From positions 1 to 64,000 of the forward strand of contig JBGANF010000032.1 of assembly GCA_044222475.1 (NCBI GenBank): a DNA stretch of 64,000 nucleotides, given 5' to 3'. The stretch is from Polyangiaceae bacterium. Lineage in GTDB: Bacteria > Myxococcota_A > Polyangia > Polyangiales > Polyangiaceae. The position numbers and the translations under genes were made by a program. Each line of letters begins with the position of its first letter. Position 1 is the first letter of the stretch. Below are positions 29,092-37,700 of the stretch, in pieces. A model generated the notes under the pieces. That model had not been told where the DNA came from. It searched no databases and saw only the letters and a program-made list of their open reading frames with translations.

Positions 29092-29678
29092 GCCACCTCG
29101 TCGTCGAGAAGGTCCAAGCCAAGTTCGGCGCTGGCGTCCTCGAGACGCACGCGCACCTCGGTGACGACACGATCGTCGTCGCGCCGAGCGTGTGGAAGGA
29201 CGTCGCCAAGTTTCTTCGCGAAGACCCCGCGCTCGATTTCCAGCTCTTCGTCGACCTGTGCGCGGTCGACTACCCCGATCGGGTTCCCCGCTTCGAGGTC
29301 GTGCTCCACGTGTACTCGGTGTCGAAGCGCCACCGCATCCGCGTGAAGACCCGCGTCGGTGACGAGGAGGGCGAAGGCGCCGAGGTCGACTCGCTCGTCG
29401 ACGTCTGGGCCGGCGCCAACTGGTTCGAGCGCGAGACGTGGGACATGATGGGCGTCGTCTTCAAGGGCCACCCCGATCTCCGCCGCATCCTCATGTACCC
29501 GGAGTTCGTCGGGCACCCGCTCCGCAAGGACTACCCGGCTCAGAAGACGCAGCCGCTCGTTCCGTACCGCACGGAAGACGAGGCCGGCGTGATCCTCGAC
29601 AAAGTCGCGCCGTTCGGCGGTGACGAAGGCATGGCCTTCGGCCGCAAGTTCTGGCTCCCCAAAGACACCGAGAGCTGA
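29088..29678 (+). CDS. nuoC: NADH-quinone oxidoreductase subunit C
   Basis: ANWFERETWDMMG, GHPDLRRIL, GHPLRKDYP; GTGA overlap. Confidence 0.96.
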   Translation: MSHLVVEKVQAKFGAGVLETHAHLGDDTIVVAPSVWKDVAKFLREDPALDFQLFVDLCAVDYPDRVPRFEVVLHVYSVSKRHRIRVKTRVGDEEGEGAEVDSLVDVWAGANWFERETWDMMGVVFKGHPDLRRILMYPEFVGHPLRKDYPAQKTQPLVPYRTEDEAGVILDKVAPFGGDEGMAFGRKFWLPKDTES

Positions 29679-29684
29679 CGGAAC

Positions 29685-30899
29685 ATGGAACCCATCGATC
29701 TGGAACTCGAAGAAGGTGAGCTCGAGCTCCCGTCGGAGCCGATGCACCTCAACATGGGGCCGTCGCATCCCGCGATGCACGGCACCGTCCGCATCGTCCT
29801 CGAGCTGTCCGGTGAGGACATCCAAAAGGCCGACGTGCAGATCGGCTACCTCCACCGCGGCTTCGAGAAGATGTGCGAGCGCGGCACGTACGCGCAGGTC
29901 TTCCCGTACGCGGACCGCCTCAACTACGTCTCGCCGATGCTCAACAACGTCGGCTTCGCGCTCGCCGTCGAGAAGATGTGCGGCCTCGAGGTCCCCGAGC
30001 GTTGCCAGTGGTACCGCATGATCCTCGGCGAGCTCGCTCGCATCTCGGATCACCTCACCTGCGACTCCGCGATGGCCATGGAGCTCGGCGCGATCACCCC
30101 GTTCCTCTGGCTCATCAAGGGCCGCGAGATGATCTGGGACGTGCTCGAAGAAGAGACCGGTGCCCGCCTCACGCACTCGTTCGGTCGCATCGGCGGCATG
30201 GCGAAACCGCCGACCGCCGGGCTGAAGGACCTGCTCGCGGCGACTCTGCCCGAGGTGCTGCGCCTCCTCCAAGAGGGCGAGGGGATGCTCCTCAAGAACC
30301 GCATCTTCATCGACCGCCTCGAGAACGTCGGCGCGATCTCGGGCGCGGACGCGATGGCGCTCGGCTGGACCGGACCGTGCCTCCGCGCGACCGGCGTCGC
30401 GTACGACGTGCGCAAGGCTCACCCGTACCTCAAGTACGACGAGGTCGACTTCGACGTGCCGGTCGGCACCAAGGGCGACACGATGGATCGCTTCCTCGTG
30501 CGCCTCGCCGAGATTCGGCAGAGCATCCGCATCATCGAGCAGTGCGCCGAGCGCATGGCCGACGACGGGCCCGTCAACTGCGACGACCCGCGCTACGTCC
30601 TGCCGGACAAGCACGACGTCTACACCACCATCGAAGGCACGATTCAGCACTTCAAGCTGGTGATGGAGGGCGCGAAGGTCCCGGCCGGCGAGTGCTACTC
30701 GTACACCGAGGGTGGCAACGGCGAGCTCGGCTTCTACATCGTGTCCGACGGCACCGGCACTCCGCACCGCGTTCGCATCCGCCCGCCGTGCTTCGCCATC
30801 GTCGGCGGCCTCGAGCGGCTGATCACCGGTCGCATGCTCAGCGACATCGTCCCCTGTTTCGGCTCGCTGAACATGATCGGCGGCGAGTGCGACCACTGA
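29685..30899 (+). CDS. nuoD: NADH-quinone oxidoreductase subunit D
   Basis: NMGPSHPAMHG, GYLHRGFEK, DRLNY, GELGFY, GECDH end. Confidence 0.97.
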   Translation: MEPIDLELEEGELELPSEPMHLNMGPSHPAMHGTVRIVLELSGEDIQKADVQIGYLHRGFEKMCERGTYAQVFPYADRLNYVSPMLNNVGFALAVEKMCGLEVPERCQWYRMILGELARISDHLTCDSAMAMELGAITPFLWLIKGREMIWDVLEEETGARLTHSFGRIGGMAKPPTAGLKDLLAATLPEVLRLLQEGEGMLLKNRIFIDRLENVGAISGADAMALGWTGPCLRATGVAYDVRKAHPYLKYDEVDFDVPVGTKGDTMDRFLVRLAEIRQSIRIIEQCAERMADDGPVNCDDPRYVLPDKHDVYTTIEGTIQHFKLVMEGAKVPAGECYSYTEGGNGELGFYIVSDGTGTPHRVRIRPPCFAIVGGLERLITGRMLSDIVPCFGSLNMIGGECDH

Positions 30900-30920
30900 A
30901 GCACGAGCGATAAAGAGAAC

Positions 30921-32519
30921 ATGCCTACCTTCAAGCTCGACGGAAAAGAGATCCCCTTCCAGCCCGGGGAGACCATCATCCACGCGGCGTGGAAGCAGGG
31001 GATCGAGATCCCTCACTACTGCTGGCACCCGGGCCTCAGCATCGCGGCGAACTGCCGCATGTGCCTCGTCGAGATCATGCCGGCGGCGAACCAGCGCGCG
31101 ATGATGCTCGACATCGTCCAGTGGGACGCCGAGAAGGGCGACTACGTCCCGGTCAAGAAGCCGAAGCTCCAGCCCGGATGCCAGATCCAGGCGGTCGAGG
31201 GGATGGACGTGCGCTCCGATTCGAGCCAGCACGTCCTCGACGCGCGCAAGGGCGTTCAAGAGTTCCTCCTCTTGAACCACCCGGTCGACTGCCCGATCTG
31301 CGATCAAGCCGGCGAGTGCAAGCTCCAGGACTACTGGCTCGAGCACGGCAAGTACCAGAAGCGCATGCGCGACGAGCCGGTGCACAAGCCGAAGGGCGTC
31401 AGCTTCGGTGAGACGATCGTGTACGACGCCGAGCGTTGCGTCGTCTGCACCCGGTGCATTCGCTTCATGGAAGAGGTCGCGAAGGATCCGGTGCTCGACA
31501 TGCGCGAGCGCGGCAACGTCAAGGAGGTCATCGTCGCTCCGGGCCGCAAGCTCGAAGGCGACTACACCTTCATGACCGAGCACGTGTGCCCGGTCGGCGC
31601 GCTCACCACCAAGGACTTCCGCTTCAAGGCGCGCGTGTGGTTCCTCCGCGGCGCGAAGAGCGTCTGCCAGGGCTGCGCCACCGGCTGCAACGCCTGGCTC
31701 GATTTCGATCCGCGCCACAACAAGGTCCACCGCTACCGCCCGCGCGACAACGAGCAGGTGAACAAGTTCTGGATGTGCGACGAAGGCATGATGTCGTACG
31801 TCGCCGCCCACGAGGGGCGCGTCACCGACGCCCGCGTCGGGTCCAAGGTCACGAGCGGGTCGAAGGCGCTCGACCAGGCGAAGAAGCTCTTCGTCGGAGT
31901 CTCCCCCGAGTCTTCGGCGCTCCTTCTCTCCGCGCAGCACTCGCTCGAAGACAACTGGGCCCTCGTCGAGCTCGGCAGCCTGCTCGGCATCAAGAACGTG
32001 TATTTTACACACGCTGCGGAAGGGCGCGGCGACGCGATCCTCATGCACAAGGACAAGAACTCCAACCGCGAGGGCGTCCGCGTGCTCTCGCCCGAGGCGA
32101 AGCCGTTCGCCGAGCTCACCGCCGCGATCGGCGCGGGCACGGTGACGCACGTCCTCGCGCTCGGCGGTCGCACCCCCGGCGGCGAGGCCGACGCCGAGGC
32201 GCTCACCAAGCTCACCGCGCTCGTCGCGGTCGCCGCGCACGAAGGCGCGATCGTTCGCGCCGCCAACGTCGTCCTCCCGGCGACGTCGTGGGCCGAGCAG
32301 TCGGGCACGTACGTCAACGCGAAGGGCCTCCGCCAAGTGTCCGACAAGGCGATCGAGCCGCAGGGCTCGTCGCAGCCCGCGTGGAAGCACTGGCTGGCGC
32401 TCGCGGGCGCGCTCGGCCTCGACGCGAGCATCGGCAAGCTCAAGGAGATCCGAGCGAAGCTCGGCGTCCCCGATCCGGCATCGACGATCCTCCCCACGAC
32501 CTCGACTCAGGCGGTGTGA
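30921..32519 (+). CDS. nuoG: NADH-quinone oxidoreductase subunit G (short form)
   Basis: IPHYCWHPGL, NCRMCLVE, NHPVDCPICDQAGEC, CVVCTRC, CQGCATGC. Confidence 0.92.
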   Translation: MPTFKLDGKEIPFQPGETIIHAAWKQGIEIPHYCWHPGLSIAANCRMCLVEIMPAANQRAMMLDIVQWDAEKGDYVPVKKPKLQPGCQIQAVEGMDVRSDSSQHVLDARKGVQEFLLLNHPVDCPICDQAGECKLQDYWLEHGKYQKRMRDEPVHKPKGVSFGETIVYDAERCVVCTRCIRFMEEVAKDPVLDMRERGNVKEVIVAPGRKLEGDYTFMTEHVCPVGALTTKDFRFKARVWFLRGAKSVCQGCATGCNAWLDFDPRHNKVHRYRPRDNEQVNKFWMCDEGMMSYVAAHEGRVTDARVGSKVTSGSKALDQAKKLFVGVSPESSALLLSAQHSLEDNWALVELGSLLGIKNVYFTHAAEGRGDAILMHKDKNSNREGVRVLSPEAKPFAELTAAIGAGTVTHVLALGGRTPGGEADAEALTKLTALVAVAAHEGAIVRAANVVLPATSWAEQSGTYVNAKGLRQVSDKAIEPQGSSQPAWKHWLALAGALGLDASIGKLKEIRAKLGVPDPASTILPTTSTQAV

Positions 32520-32524
32520 CTCCA

Positions 32525-33910
32525 ATGCCCCTCTCACAGATCCTCTGGACCGTCGTGAAGATCGCCGTGATGGTCGGCGTCGTCGTCAACGGCGCTGCGC
32601 TCCTCACCTGGTTCGACCGTCGCGGCGGCGGCCTCATGCAGGACCGGCCCGGCCCGAACCGAGCGATGTTCAAGCTCTTCGGCATGGAGATCCGGCTCGC
32701 CGGTCTGCTCCACCCCGCGGCCGACGGGCTCAAGTTCTTCACCAAAGAGGACTACATGCCGCCGAAGGCGGACAAGCTCCTCTTCAGCCTCGCCCCCATC
32801 CTCTCGCTGATGCCGGTCATCGCGTTGATCGCCGTCATCCCATTTGGGGACACCGTGTGCCCCAACGATCTGTGGCGGACGGTGCACGGCAGCACGGTCT
32901 TCCCTTGGGTCCCGCGCTACGGCGTGTGCAGCTCCGGCATGACCGAGTCGGGGCCGGTCTTCCCGATCAACCTGATGGTCGCGAACCTCAACGTCGGCAT
33001 CCTCTATGTCTTCGCGCTTGCGGGGCAGGGGATCGTCGGCGCGGGCATCGCCGGCTGGAGCTCGGACAACAAGTTCTCGCTCATGGGCGCGCTCCGCGCC
33101 GCGAGCCAGATGGTCAGCTACGAAGTGGCGATGGGCCTCTCGCTCATCGGCGCGATGATGGTCTACGGCTCGCTCCAGCTCGACGAGATGGTGCGCTGGC
33201 AGGGTGACAACGCGTGGGGCATCTTCGTCCAGCCGCTCGCGTTCTTCATCTTCTTCGCCGCCGCCGTCGCCGAGACGAAGCGCATCCCGTTCGACCTCCC
33301 GGAAGCAGAGTCCGAGCTCGTCTCGGGCTACTTCACCGAATACTCCGGCATGAAGTTCGGCATGTTCTACTTCGCCGAGTACATGGAGGTCGTCACGAGC
33401 TCGATGCTCATCGTCACGATCTTCCTCGGCGGCTGGGAGCTTCCGTTCTTCCACCGTGACGGCCTCACGATCGAGTTCGGCAAGCTCACGCTCGTCCACG
33501 CGTCGATCCCCCACATCTGGATGACGATCATCGGCGTCGTCGGGTTCTTCTCCAAGGTCGTCGTGATGTGTCTGTTCCAGGCCTTCGTGCGCTGGAGCCT
33601 CCCGCGCTTCCGCTACGACCAGCTCATGAAGCTGGGGTGGCGCGTGCTGCTTCCGCTGTCGCTCGCGAACGTGCTCGTGACCGGTGTCGTCATCCTCGCC
33701 CTCCAGGCGGGCGGCGCCGCGGCCTCCGACGCGATCGACGTCGTCTGCGACGTGACCCAGGCGATCGTCGCGGTGGCGATCACCTACGGCATCATTCGCC
33801 TCGTCGCCTTCTTCCTCCGACCGCGCACGCGCAAGCTCGACATCGTCGGGAGCGGCGCCAAGTTCGCGGCGCAAACCGGCGGGACGCCCGTCACCCCGAT
33901 GCAGGCCTGA
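32525..33910 (+). CDS. nuoH: NADH-quinone oxidoreductase subunit H
   Basis: QDRPGPNR, ADGLKFFTKED, QMVSYE, PFDLPEAESELVSG, PRFRYDQLM. Confidence 0.97.
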   Translation: MPLSQILWTVVKIAVMVGVVVNGAALLTWFDRRGGGLMQDRPGPNRAMFKLFGMEIRLAGLLHPAADGLKFFTKEDYMPPKADKLLFSLAPILSLMPVIALIAVIPFGDTVCPNDLWRTVHGSTVFPWVPRYGVCSSGMTESGPVFPINLMVANLNVGILYVFALAGQGIVGAGIAGWSSDNKFSLMGALRAASQMVSYEVAMGLSLIGAMMVYGSLQLDEMVRWQGDNAWGIFVQPLAFFIFFAAAVAETKRIPFDLPEAESELVSGYFTEYSGMKFGMFYFAEYMEVVTSSMLIVTIFLGGWELPFFHRDGLTIEFGKLTLVHASIPHIWMTIIGVVGFFSKVVVMCLFQAFVRWSLPRFRYDQLMKLGWRVLLPLSLANVLVTGVVILALQAGGAAASDAIDVVCDVTQAIVAVAITYGIIRLVAFFLRPRTRKLDIVGSGAKFAAQTGGTPVTPMQA

Positions 33911-33920
33911 AGGTACCAAC

Positions 33921-34580
33921 ATGGGACAGGCATTTCCGAAGAAGCCCCCGGCGAAGACGAACGCGACCCCGGTGACGTACACCGAGAAGACGTTCACCAC
34001 GCAGAGCTACATCCCGGCCGTCATGGGCGGGCTGGGGCTCTCGATGAAGCACTTCTTCACCAACGCTCGCCAGATCCTCCTCGGGCAGATGCCCGATCCG
34101 ATGACCGAGCGCTTCGCCGAGGGGCTGACCACCGTCAGCTACCCCGAGGTGAAGCGCCCCTACCCGGAGCGCTTTCGCGGCGTCCACCGGCTGACCCAGC
34201 GCGAGGACGGCTCGCCTCGCTGCGTCGCCTGCCTGTGCTGCTCCACGGCGTGCCCGGCCCAGTGCATCTTCATCGAGGCCGGCGAGTACGCCGAGGGCGA
34301 CCCCCGCCGCGGGTACGAACGGTTCCCGGTGCGGTTCGTCATCGACGAGCTCCGCTGCATCTTCTGCGGGTACTGCGTCGAGGCGTGCCCCTGCGACGCC
34401 ATCCGCATGGACACCGGCGTGCACGCCGCACCGTACGACTCACGCGAGCAATTCATCTACGGCAAGGACGTCCTCCTGAGCCTTCCGAACCGCATGGGCG
34501 ACGTCCTGACCGAGAACCCGCGCCACGAGCCGGGCGATCCGTCGCACCCCGGGATCACGCGCGAGCAAGGCCATCACTGA
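33921..34580 (+). CDS. nuoI: NADH-quinone oxidoreductase subunit I
   Basis: YPE, RFRGVH, CVACLCCSTACP, CIFCGYCVEACP. Confidence 0.96.
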   Translation: MGQAFPKKPPAKTNATPVTYTEKTFTTQSYIPAVMGGLGLSMKHFFTNARQILLGQMPDPMTERFAEGLTTVSYPEVKRPYPERFRGVHRLTQREDGSPRCVACLCCSTACPAQCIFIEAGEYAEGDPRRGYERFPVRFVIDELRCIFCGYCVEACPCDAIRMDTGVHAAPYDSREQFIYGKDVLLSLPNRMGDVLTENPRHEPGDPSHPGITREQGHH

Positions 34581-34599
34581 CTCGGTCTCTCTTCGAAGA

Positions 34600-34710
34600 A
34601 GAGAGAAAGAACGCAAGGGCCGCCCAGGTCGCTAGGCGCCAACTGAGAGAAATGGGCTTGCCCTGAAGGCCGAGCACTGGCGCCCCGGGCGGTTCCCATA
34701 CGTTCTCGTA
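34600..34710. repeat. Imperfect inverted repeat after nuoI
   Basis: agaacg...gggccgcccagg / ccgggcggttccc...cgttct; layout resembles the element at 42963. Confidence 0.45.
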
Positions 34711-34751
34711 GTTGCGGTGGGTTCTTTCCGCTACCATCCGCACCCACTCTC

Positions 34752-37700
34752 ATGAGCGTCGACATCCTCCGCAGTGAGCTCGAACGTCTTTTTTCTCTCG
34801 AAGAGCTGACGACCCTGTCGTCCAAGCTCCTCGGCCTCGATCCGAAGGAAGTCGGCGGTGAGGGAGCGAAAGCCACCTTCGCGCGCTCGCTCGCCGAGCG
34901 GTGCCTCGAGAGCGACCGGATCGAGGCGTTGCTCGACGTCCTGCTCGTGCAGAAGAAGGACATCGACCCGCGCGTCCGCGACGTCGCCGCCCTCCTCGGC
35001 GAGGACGACCTCGCGGCGGGCAAGACGTTCGGGCCGTACACGGTCGACAAGAAGCTCTCGTCGACGGAGCTCGGCGTCGTCTACCTCGCCAAGAAGGACG
35101 GCAAGGTTCACCTCCTGAAGACGCTTCGTCGCGAAGCCGCGCGCGACCGTCGCGCGGTGCAGCGATTCCTCACCGCGAACCGCCTCGCGGCTGCCGTCGC
35201 GCACGACGGTCTGCCCAAGGGTCTCGACGCCGGCGAGATCGACGGCACGCCGTACGTCGCGTACGAGAACATCGACGCGCAGCCGCTCTCGGCGAGGCTT
35301 GCCCGCACGGGGCCGTCGCACATCAACGAGCTGCGTCCGATCCTGAAGGGCATCCTCGAGGCGCTCGCCGCGCTTCACCGAGCCGGTCTCGTCCACGGTG
35401 ATCTCAAGACCGATCACGTGCTCGTCGGTCGCGGAGACGGTCCGCAGGCCGTGAAGATCGTCCTCATCGACTTCGGCGGTGACCGGCTTCGTCCGCGCCT
35501 CGCGCCGACTGGTGGCCAGCCTGGATTTCTTGCCGTGTTCGGCTCGCCGAAGACGATCGCGCCCGAGCAGATCCGCGGCAAGGCGGCGGACGCACGCACC
35601 GACGTCTACGCGTTCGGCGCGATGCTCTACGAGCTGCTGAGCGGCAAGCCGCCGTTCGCGGTCGACAGCCCGGCCGACGCCGCGCTCGCACACGTCTCGC
35701 AGGTGCCGGAGCCGCCGAGCGCGAAGGCGCCGCGCGGGTGGGTCTCGAAGGAGGTCGACGCGTTCGTCCTCTCGCTGCTCGCGAAGGATCCGGGCCAACG
35801 TCCGAAGGACGCTACGGCGTTGCTCGACGTCGTCGAGTCCGTCGGCAAGCCCGCGGCCGCGAAGACGGCGACCGCATCGCTCCCGCCCGAGAAGCTCGAC
35901 GAGCTCGTCGATGCGCTCGTCGCCTCGCCCGAGAGCCCCGAGGCCGCGATGGCGCTCGAGAAGGCGGTCGATCAAGTTGCCGAGCCGATCAAGATCGCCG
36001 AGGCGTTCGCGATGGCCGCCGACCAGCTCGAGGTCAAGACCGACGACGACAAGGAGACCAAGAAGAGCCTGCTCTTCCGCGCCGGTCGCATCTTCGATCA
36101 GCACGTGAAGGACAAGGCGCGCGCCGAGGACATGTACGCGCTCATCACCGAGCTCGATCCCGACGACGACATCGCGTCGGTCGCGCTCGAGAGCGTGCGC
36201 AAGGCTCAGGGCAAATTCGGCGAGATCGTCGAGATGCTGCTCGCGCGCAGCGAGAAGGCGAAGACCACCGAGCAGCGCGCTCGCATCATGGCCGAGATCG
36301 GCCACATCACCGCGAACGAGCTCGACGACCCCGAGCAGGGCCTCATCGCGTACACGCAGGCGCTCTGCGAGCTCCCGACCGACGAATCGTTCGTTCAAGA
36401 GATCGAGCGCCTCGCCGGACACAAGGTCGAGCGCTGGAACGAAGTCCTCGGCACCGTGACCGAGGCGATCAAGGCCGACAGCCTGACCCAATCGGACAAG
36501 AACGCGCTGCTCTCGAACGCTGCGCGTTGGTACGAGTCGAAGATCGGTCGCGCCGACATGGCGCTCCTCGCCTATCAGCAGATCCTCGTGACCGAGCCGG
36601 CGAGCGAAATCGCCGCCGAGGGGCTGACCCACATCTATCGCAAGGCGCAGCAGTGGCCCGAGCTCGCGAACGCGCTCGTGACCCGAGCCGACGCCGCCGG
36701 CCAGAGCCCGAGGGGGCGCGATCTTCGCGTCGAAGCCGCCGAGATCTTCGAGAGTCGACTCGGCGACGTGAAGCGCGCGAAGGACATCTACGGGCTGGTC
36801 CTCCAGGACGACCCCGGTCACGCCAAGGCGGTCGACGCGCTCGGTCGCATCGCCGAGCGAGAGGGCGACTACAAGACCTTCGTCGGTCTCCTCGAGCGTC
36901 GCGCCGAAGCGCGGCGCGGGCAGGAGCGAGCCGAGGTCCTCGGCAAGATCGCCGAGGTCTACGAGGATCACCTGAGCGATCTGGGCGAGGCGACGCGTCG
37001 TTACGAAGCCGTGCTCGCGATCGACGGGACGAACCTCGCCGCGCTCAAGGGGCTCGACCGCATCTTCAACCGCCAGGGTCGCTACCGCGAGCTGCTCGAG
37101 ATCCTCGAGAAGCAGGTCAGCGTTGCGGCGACGCCGCGGCAGAAGATCAACCTCTACGAGCGCATGGCCGCGCTCTACGACGAGGAGTTCCTCGATCACG
37201 TCAAGGCAGCCGAGTCGCTCGAAGCGATGCTCGCCATCGACGGCTCGAACGACGCTGCGCTCACCGGTCTCGCGCGCCACTACCGCGCGCAGGGCAAGTG
37301 GGAAGAGGTCGTCAAGCTCTACGAGCGCCACGCCGCGGTCACCACCGACGAGGCGCGCAAGGTCGAGCTCCTCATCACGCGCGCGCGCACCCTCGGCGAT
37401 CAGATTGGATCTCCGGACCGCGCGACGAAGGCGTACGAGCAAGTCGTCGAGCTCGTGCCTGGCCACCCTGGCGCGCTCGACGCGCTGGCGCGACTCAAGG
37501 AGCAGAGCGGCGACGCGAACGCGGCCCTCTCGGCGATCGAAGCGCTCGCCGGCAAGGCGGCCACTCCCGAGGCCAAGGCCGAGGCGTGGATCCGCGCCGC
37601 GAAGCTCCTCGAAGGTCGCGGCGATCGCGACGGTGCGATCGAGCGGTACAAGCAAGCCCTCGAAGCAAACCCGAAGGATGCCGGGGCCGCGGCATCGCTC

